Shown here piece by piece: positions 27,701-41,220 of a stretch of DNA of 64,000 bases. The notes beneath the pieces were generated by a model. The model searched no databases, was not told the DNA's origin, and saw nothing but the letters and a program-made list of their open reading frames with translations. The stretch spans positions 248,001-312,000 of the forward strand of contig JAQGDQ010002367.1 in assembly GCA_030141605.1 (NCBI GenBank), read 5' to 3'. Position 1 is the stretch's first letter, and the number at the start of each line of letters is the position of its first letter. The DNA comes from Tubiluchus corallicola. Lineage: Eukaryota; Animalia; Priapulida. Both the position numbers and the translations under genes were made by a program.

Positions 27701-29450
27701 TATACGTGGACATTTCTGATTTATGGCGGCATAACATTTCTCATCTGTGCCTGTTCTTTTTCTTTGAAGAGTTACGAGCCGCCGAATGCTGACGACAGCG
27801 GCAACTCCATCATTTTTCCCAAAAACAAGCTCCAATTATTTGCTGTCATGTTTGACACACCCGAAAACATCCTACAGAAGACAAGAAAAGTGAGTTCCGC
27901 CAGCATTCAAGGGTTTCACACAAGCTTGCTGAAAGATTGCAGATTTATTTTTTATATATTTGCTGTGATGTGTTTTCGTTTAAATTACGGTGTTGTGTTC
28001 AATTTATTACCGCTGCGGATTAGCAGAGAGAATAACTCTGGCTTTGAGTGTAATAATTGCACTGATTACGATTACTATACTGATGATATTGACGATTCGC
28101 AGTCAATGTTCGTGAACGGAAGCACATTGCTGGCTATCATGAGCACAACAGAAGTGATCTTTCGTCTGGTGTGGGGTGCTCTGTGGAGCTGGAAAAAACT
28201 TACTAAACCTTGTTTTCGGCAAGTAGGTTTTGGTATGTATCTAGGTCTAACTGGAATTGTAACAGTGCTATTAGTGACACTGCCAGTGTTCAAGCAATCC
28301 TTAGCTTTGCAGTGCTGGGCAGCAGTTATGGGCTTCCTGCAAAGTGGCAATCAGCCGTTGCTGTACACAGTGGCAAACGATATTGCAGGAAGTCACCGCA
28401 CGGCAACATCGATAGGCCTTCTCCATCTTGCAACTTCCATAATATTTCTCTTAGGCTCAGGGTTAACAGGTAAGCTAATAACTCTGCATTACTCTGCATA
28501 AGTCATCAGAACATGCCAATATCGTTGTCCAATACCAACGCTAAGTCATTACAACTACGTCCATCACTAAATAGACTACCATGGCTTCCTCATTCTGTAA
28601 AGAACAAAAATAGACGATGCCACAGCCATACTGTCACGAATGAACGAAGGATCAAAATGCTTTAAGTCTCAAAAATAATCTTTATTTCCTGACTTGTACT
28701 TATTTACAAATGTGCTCATTTAATTCTTCTCTTCTTTTGTATTTATTTGTTCACCAGATTAATCACTATACTTCGAAACGCTCTGTCCTTTATTTCCTTT
28801 TTCAGTTTTTTATTGTGGGTCTTTTTATTCATTAATTACTGCTAAGGTGTTGTATTCAATTTGTCATTGCAATTCCGTGGCTCAAAGTCAGGGTATCTAT
28901 GTGTTAGATAAGTCATCCGAAATACAATCAAAAATTTTTTGGCTTTTTAGGTTTCTTGATCGATTTCGATGGAACACAAACTGTGTTTTTAGTTGGTGGT
29001 GGCGCTGCAGTACTTGGTGGAATCGTATCGTGTCTCATAGTCCTTCTACCAGAAAAAAAGAAATCGTATCGCAAAGTGGATGGATCTGCCTTGATAGCAT
29101 TCAGTTTAGCGGGAGGTGGCTTCCTTGTTGGACCATTCTTAACTGCTTCTAGGCGCACAACACGCCGTAGTACATCTAGAAGAGAACCACATTCAAACAG
29201 GGAAAGCATCATTGGGTCTGTATTACGCAAAGCAATAAGGACCTTTAGCACACAAGCAAGTCAAGTTATGGTGTCGTCCGAAATCATAGATATTCAAAAT
29301 GCAAAACCAGGTGATATAAAAGGTGTCCACGGCCTGGTGGATGTTCAGGAAGAAGAGAATATGGAACGCACTGAAGATGACATCGTGGATCTAGACTCTG
29401 AAGAGTTGCATGGTGTCTATCCCACTGTTAAGCCTTATGGTGTATACTAG
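24800..29450 (+). CDS. Monocarboxylate transporter (SLC16/MCT family, MFS), 4 coding exons
   Basis: Exons 24800-25004, 26573-26716, 27543-28469 and 28951-29450, all with phase-1 junctions. MCT signature motifs PPDGDYGWVVV and YFKKRLTFAYSL..IGSG, with TM1 Lys (GQIKSYGV) and TM8 E..R (TTEVIFRL). An acceptor at 24676 suggests an upstream UTR exon. Confidence 0.92.
25400..25520 (+). mobile_element. Degraded tRNA-derived SINE-like remnant
   Basis: Box A-like TGGCTTAGTGG at ~25406, a weak box B, and a SINE-like 3' end gtagaaagagacgataaac. Confidence 0.35.
26012..26361. mobile_element. MITE with ~45-bp imperfect TIRs, inserted into an older ttatgtaac/gttacataa-repeat element (~25925-26495)
   Basis: Left ctaacatatggttggtcgtggtctgattattggactggg versus right reverse complement ctaacatatggggtttgctatggtctaaacttattggattggg. 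The flanks carry ttatgtaac repeats on the left and ttacataa repeats on the right. Confidence 0.65.
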
Positions 29451-30108
29451 AAAAACAGTGTACCTTTGAATGCAAAACAATGCCATTTGTGGCATTGTTC
29501 ACCATTTGTTCACAAACAACACCTCATAATATTTGCGTAGCATAATTTTTTATTGGCGTGTGTCTTTCTGTGTCTTTCTCTACATTTTTGTTTTGGCGAA
29601 AATCTGTTTATCACATGTGAGTACCACAAATGTGAGAATTTTCTTTTGCTAGCTGCTCTCATTCTAACAGATGAATGTTAAATGAGCCAATTTTGAAAAA
29701 TGTATGAACTGACAAAAACACATCAACATTTGTGATAATATGTAACTACTCTTCTTTAGTAAACGTGTATAAATAGTGATAAAAATTAATAGTGTTAATT
29801 ATTATTAATAAATTCTTTAAGTATCAACAGACTGTTTCTCTGTTAAAATTAAACGAAAAATTCTTCTACAAATCCATCTAAAACAACTTGTGTCCCGTTT
29901 ATAATTCTACTTAATAAACCAATAAAAAGCATCATAATAAATACATAATTATTGAAAATCAGAAATGTAGGAAAAATACCTTTAGTTCTAGTAATAACAA
30001 CTTAAGGCCTTTTATTATTAAATTGCACTTTTTTTCACAGCACACATTAGTTTTGCATTGTATCATTCTTAGATGATAACCTGTTAAATGCATTCTTGTG
30101 AGCGCTAG

Positions 30109-32983
30109 TTACAATGTCGTTGTTTTTGAATGGTACCTAGGAGCAAATGCTGCGCGTCGCATCACAGGTGTGACATCATCAGTGGACGCTGACAGTGGAA
30201 TGTCAATTCTAGTCAACACTGGTCTGGTCGGTGAGGTGATATCTGCTGCTTTGACTGTCACCCGCATTGGGTATATTGGGTGTGACATTAGTTTAGACTT
30301 CTCCAGCTCCTCCTTTTTCATCAAAGGAGATATCAAGTTTTCAAATGGAACCATACCTGTCAATTTATCATTTTTCTCTGCTGATCCCACTGAGTTTGTT
30401 ACTGATATCACTGAGTTCATTTTATCACCTTTTGTCATGAGAGAATTGGCACTAGTAAATGACACTACTGACTGGGTATCGCATCGGATAGTGGCGCTGC
30501 ACACACTTAACCGAGGACTTCCTTTTTGTGACACCTCTTTCATTGCATTTCGCTGTTCTTTATATTGCCTCCAGGCTCTTCGAGCTGAAGAGCTTTTGGT
30601 CCGTATTAAACCCCGTACTTTCACTGGACTATCTGAAATAGTTGAAAACTTACTCTATGAAATTTATTTGGACTACAGGCATAGTCGTCTCAGAAAACAT
30701 TTACAGTTTAATAACGCAAAAAATCATAACTAATAAAATCTAGTAATGCCAATCAAGGTGCTCTGGGTATTCTATGCAAACTGTTTAAAATCATTCCATT
30801 TTACCTCACTCACCAAAAGAGCAGCTAAAGCGCAGGGGTAATATTTTCTGTTATGTTCTTCAAAAGCAATCAATCATATAGATCCCTCTGTGACATTTTA
30901 ACAATTAAAATGTTATACATCGACGTTAGAAACAGAATATGTAACTTGTTGTTACATTTGTTGTAGAGTGTTGAAACAATTCTTCGTATTCGTATAGCAA
31001 CAAACGCAAAGGGCCTATTCTTGTTAAATATGTTATCCGTAGTTTTCTTTATGAAATTTGCAGGCATTTTGCAAAAAATTTTGTTAGAATAAGACTACTA
31101 TTGTTAATTAAAATGTGTTCGATTGCCATATTTTTTAATAACTGATTTAGCCATATTACTGGGCCAACATGTTTTTCCTTTTTACATTTTCTTACACCGG
31201 AGTTTATCGTCATCATTACCACCATCTTTAACGTTACCATCATTATCTTTTTTTCACTCTTGTTATAACAATAAGTAAGTAAGTCAGTTATTTATTTAAT
31301 TAAGTATTGAGTATCTTCGAATCCAAAGTATTGACGCTATACTGTTAATAATTATTAGAATAATAATTAACCAGTGCACAGTACTGTACTTAAATTTTGT
31401 TTCTAAAAACTGATAATTGTTTTTGTTGTCTTTTGTCGTCTCTTTTTCACAAGAAACTTACTGTATTTCTGGAATAATTTGAAGCAGAACTGAACGGTAA
31501 TGAATAAGAGAGCTGCGACAACCATCAAACCAAAGAGACTGGAAAATAAGCGATTGATGCTTTCCCTTTGCGCTTTTGCTGGATCCATAGTTGTGCTTAC
31601 CTGTAACAAACGCCGCAAGTATATTAATCTTTTAAAGCTTTTCGGAGAAATCCGGGGAGGAAAGAAGTTCTGGTGAATAAAGTTATGACATTAAAGGTAG
31701 TTGATGGTCTCCCTGCCACAGGAGATATTTGTTGCAATTTAGCAAAAAAACGTCGGCATTTTTGCGTATCTGAGATCTAATAAAAGCCTGGAAGCCTGTA
31801 ATTAATAATTGATTTTTATATAGATTGCTAAGTCACTTAGGCAACTTTCAAGTGGTTTCCGTGCCATCTAAATATTGATTAAGAAAGGAAATAGCCAGAA
31901 AAGTGAATAAACAAAATAAAACCACTTAATAAATCTCATTGTTTTCTTATTGAATATGAGTATTTATATGTTTTAGGAATTTTTCAGGAGCTCTTATTTG
32001 CTTCATTGGCGTCCGTAAACATGAATGGAAAAACAATATTGTCTAATAAGTCTACGTCTATAAGATTTTCAATTACTTTAAATTGAAACTGTACATGAAT
32101 TTGGTTGGATATCATGATTTAATTGCAGCTACGATTCTAGAAAATGCTGTTTCTTTGGTACCATCCAATTTGTAATCTAACAGAAAAACATTATTTTGTA
32201 CCTGATACAATAATTTAATTTTCAAACTAGTACTTTGCAGAATAGTAATGCACACCAATTGCTAATATGTCTGTGTACAATTTATGCATTATTATTACCT
32301 TAATTGCACAACGCTCATTAACGCTCATTAGCGGAATCATGTACTTCTCGGTACCAGGGTGTTTTCAAAACTATGTAAACACTTATCCGCGCATTCAGCT
32401 GTACTTATACAGCATCAACAATATTTATGAGATGTTGAACTCATGTAACTGTCCTGAACAGTTAAATAGTTAATACCAATCGGACGCTATCGACAATCTA
32501 GTCAATAATCTTGCCTTTTAATAATGATGACAGAAGCTTCAATGTGCATAATGAAGTTTTTAACCTTATTAGTGTGGATGCGTAATGGACCTATAACGTA
32601 GAACAGGATTGATATTCCTAGATAGTACATTTATCAGTGCCGTTAATACGCAAAAGTAAACATGAAATTCGTTTATTAATAGAAAATTCGACAGAAATTA
32701 CAACTTGACTAAATATTATTTAATTTTTACGACAATTTATTCAGAATTTTTGATCTTGGTCTCCATGAGTAGGTTTCATTGTACTTACTTGCAAATGAAT
32801 TAGGTGAGTGCTGGTAACAGGATATGGACCTTGCGTAATATTGTCAGTTCGTAAGATATCTAGGTTGTTTTGGCTGAGCACGGGCAACCAAGTGGCTCGT
32901 TTCTCTAATTTCCGCTTCATTCTTTTGTAACTGAAAATTACTGCTTTTTGAGAAATGAAAACTTTTTTGCTAGAAGACTGCAT
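30109..32983 (-). CDS. Uncharacterised single-pass membrane protein with a Ser/basic-rich cytoplasmic tail
   Basis: Exon 31462-31600 (VSTTMDPAKAQRESINRLFSSLFGLMVVAALLFITVQFCFKLFQKY, one TM helix, donor A|gtaagt) joins in phase 1 to exon 30109-30632 (SPVKVRGLIRTKSSSARRAWRQY...KTTTL*). A probable upstream exon ends at 32789 (CAA|gtaagt, in frame with ATG 32983; acceptor at 33188). The start could instead be ATG 31588. Confidence 0.7.
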
Positions 32984-35900
32984 ATTCTTGCTTATTTGAA
33001 TTCGTCGCCTAAACTTTTGTTTGAAAAAAATTATTCATGTCGGGAATAAATGGCGCAATGTTGATCCAGCCTGTATAAATTAATTCATCATCTCCCAGTT
33101 TGGGTTTGACTTAGTATCGTTTGTCTGGATTTTAGGAAAAGAATCTTCTCCACTGTTGAACACAAGTGTCGACTGTCTTTCGTCAGTCTGAAACAAAACA
33201 AGAAAACCACATGGATAATATGTGGCTTACTTAAATTCTATTACTTCACCAAACAAAAGTTAAAACACTTCACTTCGTTAAAGACACAACAAAACTTACA
33301 AAATACAAAGTGAATTTCAGTTAAAAAGAATTTAGATGAGCAGCACATTTAAACGCTGCTAAACTGAGAACGGCAATCGAAAAGGCTATACATTATTCAA
33401 ATATTTTAGTCAAATACTGTAACAACTGAAAGAAATGGATAAAATATAATAAATTAAGTCGGAACTAATACTTCGTTATAACCACTCACATGTAGTAAAC
33501 AAACACGAACTCTTAAGCACATACCTTCCTAAAACTTAACTCGTATATTCCTCGTATTCATATAATGTCGTTTTAAAAACGCTTAATATTAAGATATCAG
33601 CTAGGTACAATTTATGTAGCAGCAGTCTATTGCAAAATTGGGTAAACAATCAGCTATAGTAACCTTACACCCGAACAGATAATCATGCCTAATAGCCTAT
33701 ATCGGTTTCAGAATAAACCCCTATGATAATAGATGTAATGATTGCAACAATGAATGCCCTACCGGCTTGGATTGGGTGGCTGCTATATTCATTCAATGAT
33801 TGTATGGTTTATGATGGTACACTAAATGTATAGCTGATAATGAAACGTGAGGTCTCTGGAGAGACAACGCTGTTATACTGATTGTCATTAATATTTTAAC
33901 TCGACGGCGTTTGTAATAACGGTTGTTGTGTCTAGAAGTAAAAGTGAAAGAATGGTTGTTGAACCTGCGATGAATTACATTCGCATTCTTTCATGGCTTT
34001 AGCATGATTGGACTAAAATGGGGATGTGAAATGGGTGAATGACAGTTTCAGAGATGTCATACGTTACAGGATTACCACTCCTCTTGATTTCGTAATTATT
34101 TATCCATTTCTTTTCTCTACTTGATATAGATTTCGTAACCATCTCATTTTCATCCTCTTTGCACACTGTTTGGACAACATATTTTTACGCTGATTTCGAC
34201 ACGTTCAATGTACAGTCAGTAGACTGAGGGCTGATAGCTCAAATATCAAATTGAGAGCCTTCCTCCTTCGATTAATTAACTCTTAAGTTAATTGTTGATT
34301 AGGTCTATATATGTACAGCATTTGTTAATTCTGACTCATCGCAGCTCATCGTCTAAAAATTCTGTCATTGAGCTAGCTAAAACCAACCAATTTGATTACA
34401 TTGATTATGTAAAACTTAAAATGGTTGATTTAAGAGATGAACGTTAATCACATAGCACCCCTTTTTCTATGCAATAAGTTTTGCAGTAGCTTAGCCAGTC
34501 AGTAAAGTTACGTATCGTGTCATTATTTACTTAATGCCTGTGACCGACCACGAAATGGTTAAGAAATATTTGCATTTCAGTTCCATTGCGTTTGAAAACC
34601 ATAACGAAAGTGACCTGCAGACCTATTTCGTGTGTATAGACTACCAATTCAGAAATATTTTATAAAAATAAAATGTTTTTTTAGTATTTTAATGTCGAAT
34701 TCAAACGTGGTACCCTGGAAATCAACCATTGTTAATAACGGGTGATTTTAATGTTATCATTAGAGCAGCTTATAATATAGAGATGGGAAGTGGCTTACGA
34801 ATTAAATTTTAGGAACTTACAAGTATTTTTAATGTGCGAACTGAGCTTTATAATTATTGCGGCCTCAGCGTACGCTTGCAGTACAGCAGACAAGATGGAG
34901 AAAAAGTCCTACTATTAAAGTGATTTATTTTGCCTTCAGTCTGCATGAATTAGCATAAAATACTTGCTCGGACGTGTTTAAGACATCTCTGCCTTTTAAA
35001 GCTTCAGATGATTGTTCTTCATAAGGAGCACGATTCCGGTCCTGTCGCAATCACCGACATTCATTAAGTATATCGCAAACGTCTAACCTAATTAAACTAT
35101 TTTTTCGGAACGCACAATCTAAAAACAAACTTTAAATTTGTCATTTAGCAGTTCACGTTAAATTGTTACATGGTTAGAGTTTAGGAAGGGAATGAATCAG
35201 ATAGGACAAAGAGGAATCAGATAGAAGGAAAGGAAAGGAGACCAAAAGGATGTGTAGGAGAAGAAGAAAAGAATGAAAAAAACAGGAAGAGTGAGAGGAG
35301 AAAACGCAGTCACCCTATTAAGGTTTTTTAATTTAATTTCATCTTTGGCCGCTGGGTCTTCTGCGTGGCTCGTACGGTTTGCGGCTTTTCGCCATATATG
35401 AGTCTCCCAGCCCACATCAGTATTTAAACCACGTGTAATGTCTCCAAATTGTAAACTTGTGATGTGGATTAAATAAAAAATAAAAGTTAACAGTTATTAA
35501 AAAGCTAAGTCCATCAACAACGTCGTTATTGACAATACTAATTAGATAATCAATGTTCCGATACTTTGAGCTTTCGTTGAGCGACAATTCTCTGTCAAAT
35601 TTCGCTAACTAAGGTGAATATTTTATCCACCAGTGAATGATTTAGATTTTATACTATACATTACTTCACTAAACTTTCTAGAGTGGTATTATCGAGTAAT
35701 CACGTATTTCATACCTACACCAAAAAGCAAGTTTACCAGTAAGGTATTCACTAATGCTATTAGAACACTAATAAAACAAAGAATTAATCAACAACCCAGC
35801 GTTGAGTGATTACATGAACTTTGTTGCGTTGAAACAAACCCACAATTGCAAGCAGTCGAGTTGAATTATTGATAACATTTGCCCTGGCTACTGTAATAAT

Positions 35901-37706
35901 GGTGAATCCCTCACTTGGCTTCATCATGTGTTATTGTAGCAGCAGTTAATTTCCTGATAAAACTAATTATTATTGTTACCAGTGCGGATGCTGACAACTG
36001 TTAGAACAAACTTCATATTTTAGTCTAAACACGAAAATTGTTAATAGCTGAACATGCTAAACTAGGAGAACATTTATGCATTTAATTAGCCCCTGGAAGG
36101 GACAGGTTGCGCTGTTTCTTAATTCTGACACTGCGTAAAAAATCTTATATGATTGTACAAATAAATTTTAAACTGAACAGTCCTATGCATACAGTATACG
36201 AACGTTTCACGCATGCAGAGGCATCGCAAAATTCTCAAAACATAATTATAACACCCTCGTAAACAGATATTCAGCTCATCAAAAGTTTTATTAAGTAGTT
36301 TGATGTCACACACCTAATATAGCACCAACCTATCCACACGGTGATCCGACATTTTTTTACTACCAGTTCATGTAAGTTAACAGAGGTATAAGCATTGGAT
36401 TAAATTCGCTTTAATTTAAGCTGACATTTCGGCCTTCTGCAATCACTGAAAAGCGAAAGAAAACAAGAAGTGAAACACGTGGTGAATAAGATGCAGCAAA
36501 TCAAATATACACGGTTAAACAGAAAGTAGAAGGAACGAGGAGAACACACATCAAATACTTAAAGTGAAATAAATACAGAATGGCAGGTATGAGAAATAAA
36601 GGAGATAGTTGTAAAATGCCTCCAGCAAAGCTACTGTCCAATGCCTGGCAGCTGAACTTGCTATGTCAACAAAAAGCCACGATTGTAATCAGCGCGTAAA
36701 CAGAAAATCGCGGAAAAAAATGAAATGTTTTCCTTTTCATTATACTACTTAATTTTAGCCAATTTTCCAAAATCCTTCAAACGTTCAAATAATTTTTAGA
36801 TAATTCTAGGTTTTTGAAGGTCAATTCTTATGACAAAATATAACTTGCAATGTCTGATTATTCTGTTCTGATTATTCTGTTTCAATTTGTTCTCATTATT
36901 TCCGCTTATAAATTTATCAACATATAGAGATGGGTGTAAAGCATATGCTTCAATCATACAAAAGATATTACATGATATAAATAATTTTGTTCATATTGTA
37001 GCAGCTGTCATACAGAATGTCAGTTCATATAATAACGTAATCAATTTTACAATGTGCACGTTTCACAGTGATAGTTGCAATGTAGATAACTGTAATATAC
37101 TTGATTCATGAATTAATTGTTGGTACTTCAAAGCAAAGGCCGAATGACCACGATATGTGCTAGCTAGTTAGCAATGACGAAGCCAGTTAGTAAATGAATT
37201 TGTTCAATACGCGCTCAGGGTGGTTTCCTTCACTAATTTTCTTACTGTTTACCTCCTTGTTGTCACATCAAATCTTAACTGAGTCATTTCTGCCAGGTCA
37301 CTGCCTCATTTTAGATGGTTAGCCTTGGTGATGCCTCATCTATGTTGAGCAGGTCTTGCAACAGAGTGTTGTGTGTGATGTGAGTAAAATATACATATAA
37401 ATTTATGTGATATGCTACTTGTTTGTATTCTTGCTGTTAATTGCTGATTTTCGTGATGGTGATTATGATAACTATAATTATGACAATGATGATGAAACAA
37501 CGATTACGGCGACTACAACGACGATGTTATTGTTGATAGTGATAATAATGTTAATGGAGATGATGGCGATTTTGATTTTGTTGCTACTGCTATTGTTGTT
37601 GGAATTGATTTAATTGGTGAAATGATGATGATGGAAACAGTGAACTATTGCTGTTGCTATTGCAACCTATTGTAGCAGTTACTGCTCTTGCCTGCCGTTC
37701 CTGATT

Positions 37707-37914
37707 TTAGCAGTGATAATGATGACAGTGGTGATGATAGTAATGATGAGGGTGATGATGATAATGATGATGATGATGACGATGATGATGATAGTAATGA
37801 TGGTGATGATGATGATTATGATTATGATGATGATGGTGATGATGATGATGATGACAATGGCGATGATAGTAATGATGATGATGATGATGGTGATGGTGAT
37901 GGTGATGGTGATGG

Positions 37915-37947
<33 letters not shown>

Positions 37948-38000
37948 GGATGATGATGGTAATGATGATGTGGTGATGATGACGATGATGATGATGATAA
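37707..38000. repeat. (GAT/GGT)n trinucleotide microsatellite with a degenerate flank from ~37430
   Basis: Long imperfect gatgatgat run. It produces the spurious poly-D, poly-M and poly-H ORFs. Confidence 0.95.
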
Positions 38001-40512
38001 AGGTGACGTCAGTGATGATGTTAATATTATTGTCAGTGGGGATGTTGATGTTAATTGTGTTAACAATAACGATAACGGTGACGATTTAAAATGACGACTA
38101 CAATGATGAGTTTCTGAGTATGTATGAATTTCTTAAAATTGTTGTAGTTTGCTAGTTTACAGATTATAAACTCCTGCTCAAAGTTGGAAAAAAGAGAAAA
38201 AAAGGAAATGAAAATATAGAAAGATAAAGAAATAAAAGTAGCAACTGAAATGGATAAAAGAGAGCAAAATAGTTAAGAAAATGAAAGTAAAAATAAAGAA
38301 AATAATGGAACAAAGATAGTTAAGCTGAATGAAAGAAAACACGTAATTATTAGTTTTCATTTCAAAAGATATCATTTAATTTATGTATTTAACTAAATTA
38401 ACACATTTAGCTATCAAAACAAGTAATGGATTTAAGTTCGAACCAAGTGTCCGGCATGCAGGTACCTAAATAAACGGATTTTTTCTCGTAAAATCGTTAT
38501 TTGTGAAAAAAATCATGCTCATAAACTAAAACAAGAATAACGAACTTGAGAGCGGTTTTCTATTCATATATTTACTTTATTTTACTTCATATTTCTACTT
38601 ATATATACTATATTTTCTTTAATGCCTTTAGGTTAGGTTTTTTTTTATTAACTTTATTACTGATTATCTTATCTTTTTCATGTTACAATTTTTTTTCGTT
38701 GTCTTTATTTACTTTCGTATTACGTGTTTTGTGAATTTAGGTTGCTGAATAGAGGAAGCTCTCCAGGCATTTAGGCCTAATGGCCCGGAAATATTTTTTC
38801 AGAGCAGCAGTTACAGAGAAAACTCTATAATATATATATATTGTTGACTGCTTTTGAATAGCGCAGTTCATGTAGACAACTGCGTACACTTACTGCAATA
38901 AAAACAATATTAGTATTAGTTCCTGTCGCGATTAATAAGTAGGCTTATATGTTCTAAACGTTTGAACTTCAACTATCTTATTTTTAACAAAAGCCCCTAT
39001 ATGTACGTGGGACTTGCCCAAATTTTTCCTGAATGACGTAAATACTAAAAAGTTATTTAAATGCTGTTGCTCCTATTTTAATGCATTCTACGTAGCAACC
39101 TATATAATGAATTTTAAAATGTTACGCATAAATTTCTGCTATATAAAAAAAACTTCAAGTCAACATTAAGCCTCAGAATTTGTGATTGCATCCGAAATGT
39201 CTGTCACATTTTACGCTGTATTTTGTGAATACACTTTATGTACGCGATTCTCTATCAATTAATAACAATGCGTTTGGCTTTGTGCAACCACTAACCGTTA
39301 TGCACAAATGCAAACGAACTCATAATAGAGCAACACAAAAGTGTTGGAAATGTGCAACACAAAAGTAAAAATTATGGTAATATTTAACGAACCATTGCTT
39401 TCCAGTTGCTAGGTAACGCATGGAAACAGATAGTTAATAATTGTCGCGGAATATTTTGTATAGATGAACACTTGTCGGTTATGTACATATATATCACATT
39501 CAACCATGCATGGTGCATGCACGCCACACAACTGATATAACATTAGTATGAACATCAAACTAATAGTGTGTAACTAGAGAGAGCATGGGCAGCATAAACT
39601 GATGCATACCTGTAGGGGTAGTGCACGCTGACGTATGTCTGGCTTCACTAGATTAATAAAGACGCTTTCTTCCAAACTGCTTTGTTTGATAACAACTGAA
39701 AAGTTAGAATATTACAACGCTGAGATGCACAAATGCAATTTGTCAATCGAATAATAATAATGTTCTTTCGCCGCCGAAAGTGCTCAACAGCTTTCCTAGA
39801 TTGTTTAGCCTTTGCAACAATAGTGTAAAAAAATTGTGAAATTTTTAGTTCATTTAAATAACTGTGCAACCAAGATGACACAGGTGATGGTTTTACAATC
39901 AGAAACTTAACGAAAATCTTGGCATCTTTCTAACAACAATTATCAAATGGCTAATGTAAATGGAAGTCCTATTATTCCCTGGAATCTCTGGTTTCTCAAC
40001 TGCTTTTGTATAATTAGTTTTGTTTACACATATGCTGTGAAATGCACGTGGGTCCAGTCTGCTTTTAGCAACGTGCATACTTTCTTATAATAATCAGTAT
40101 TATTCATTTCGGCTTTGATTGAGTAACCTTATAGGTTTATACCACATTCGTGCTAAGAAATTATAAACTGTTTATGTGTATCTATGCCGGAATCTGTTTG
40201 GTTAATTTTTATCTACGTCGGCTTGTTCGTAACTCTTTTATGATGTGTAATATTCCGACATAAATAATTGTGCTGCGACAGAAATCTGCATGCTTTTGTT
40301 AAATTGTTGTGTCTAATACATGAGTATGTTGAAATATGACACGGACTCCACCCGACTGCTTGTAAACAGCGATGTTTGTAAAAAAAAGCTGTGACACGTT
40401 TGTTCAAACATAACACTATTTTTGGAGTAAGCAATATGTAACCCCTAATATTATTTTTCAGTTTTGCAGAGTAATCAGTTAAAATTTAGCGAGTTTAAAG
40501 CAATTAAAATTT

Positions 40513-41220
40513 TTACACTTCTGACTCTTGTTCTTGAGTGAATGTTTCGTCAAAATCTTCCGCCTGTCTCAGGTCTATAGCAAACTTATTTGGCAGAGAG
40601 TTGAAGTTCATGTTTTTCACGCACTCGCTGCCAAATTGTTTGAAAGCCAAAGCTAAAGCGTACGCTAGACGGCGAGCGATAATGCGACTTGAGCACACGT
40701 ATGCAAAACATTGAAAGGTTGGTCCAGATTGTCCCTTATCCACAATTATCATAGAAAACACGCGGCTGTACTTCACATCTTGTACGCCGTATGAAATCGA
40801 GTCTATTTGTTGAAAAGTTTCTTCAATCTCACTGTTTGGATCTGATGTTACCATACTGACTCCGGTGCGGAAAACACGCAGTTGCACACACGGTAACTCC
40901 ATCCCATGCTCAGCATTACGAGATTCAGTTATTAGTTCCTCCACAACACCTCGCGTATGCTGGATACCCCAAAGTCCACGAGTAGGCCTGCTTCCCAAAA
41001 ATTTCACATGAAATTCTTGTGGCAACGTGTCAACAGCAACATTCGGATCGAGTGCGTCTAGAAGTCTCTGCGTACCTTCTTCTAAAGTTTTTTTAACAGT
41101 TTCCACGGGTTTTTCTTTGATACCAAGCAATTTAAAAAGCTTCGTTCCCTTTATCATCGTGGAAGAGTTCTTCTCTTTTTCAGGAGGAGTCGTTATTTTG
41201 GGTAAGCCCGAGTTATCCAT
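40513..41220 (-). CDS. PTB/PID-domain adaptor protein (LDLRAP1-like, 'insect-like' PTB subfamily), single coding exon, 235 aa
   Basis: FHVKFLGSRPTRGLWGIQHTRGVVEEL...ISYGVQDVKYSRVFSMIIV...FQCFAYVCSSRIIARRLAYALALAF matches, from recall, the invertebrate LDLRAP-like PTB pattern (RGLWGIKHTR, SYGVQD). Confidence 0.88.
   Translation of the reverse strand: MDNSGLPKITTPPEKEKNSSTMIKGTKLFKLLGIKEKPVETVKKTLEEGTQRLLDALDPNVAVDTLPQEFHVKFLGSRPTRGLWGIQHTRGVVEELITESRNAEHGMELPCVQLRVFRTGVSMVTSDPNSEIEETFQQIDSISYGVQDVKYSRVFSMIIVDKGQSGPTFQCFAYVCSSRIIARRLAYALALAFKQFGSECVKNMNFNSLPNKFAIDLRQAEDFDETFTQEQESEV

Noticed and set aside
30098-30733. 211-aa plus-strand ORF
   Set aside because: Antisense shadow of the minus-strand exon 30109-30632, with a non-ATG start and no domain.
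37407-38089. Poly-Asp, poly-His and poly-Met ORFs
   Set aside because: All are frames of one (GAT)n microsatellite, with no splice or domain support.
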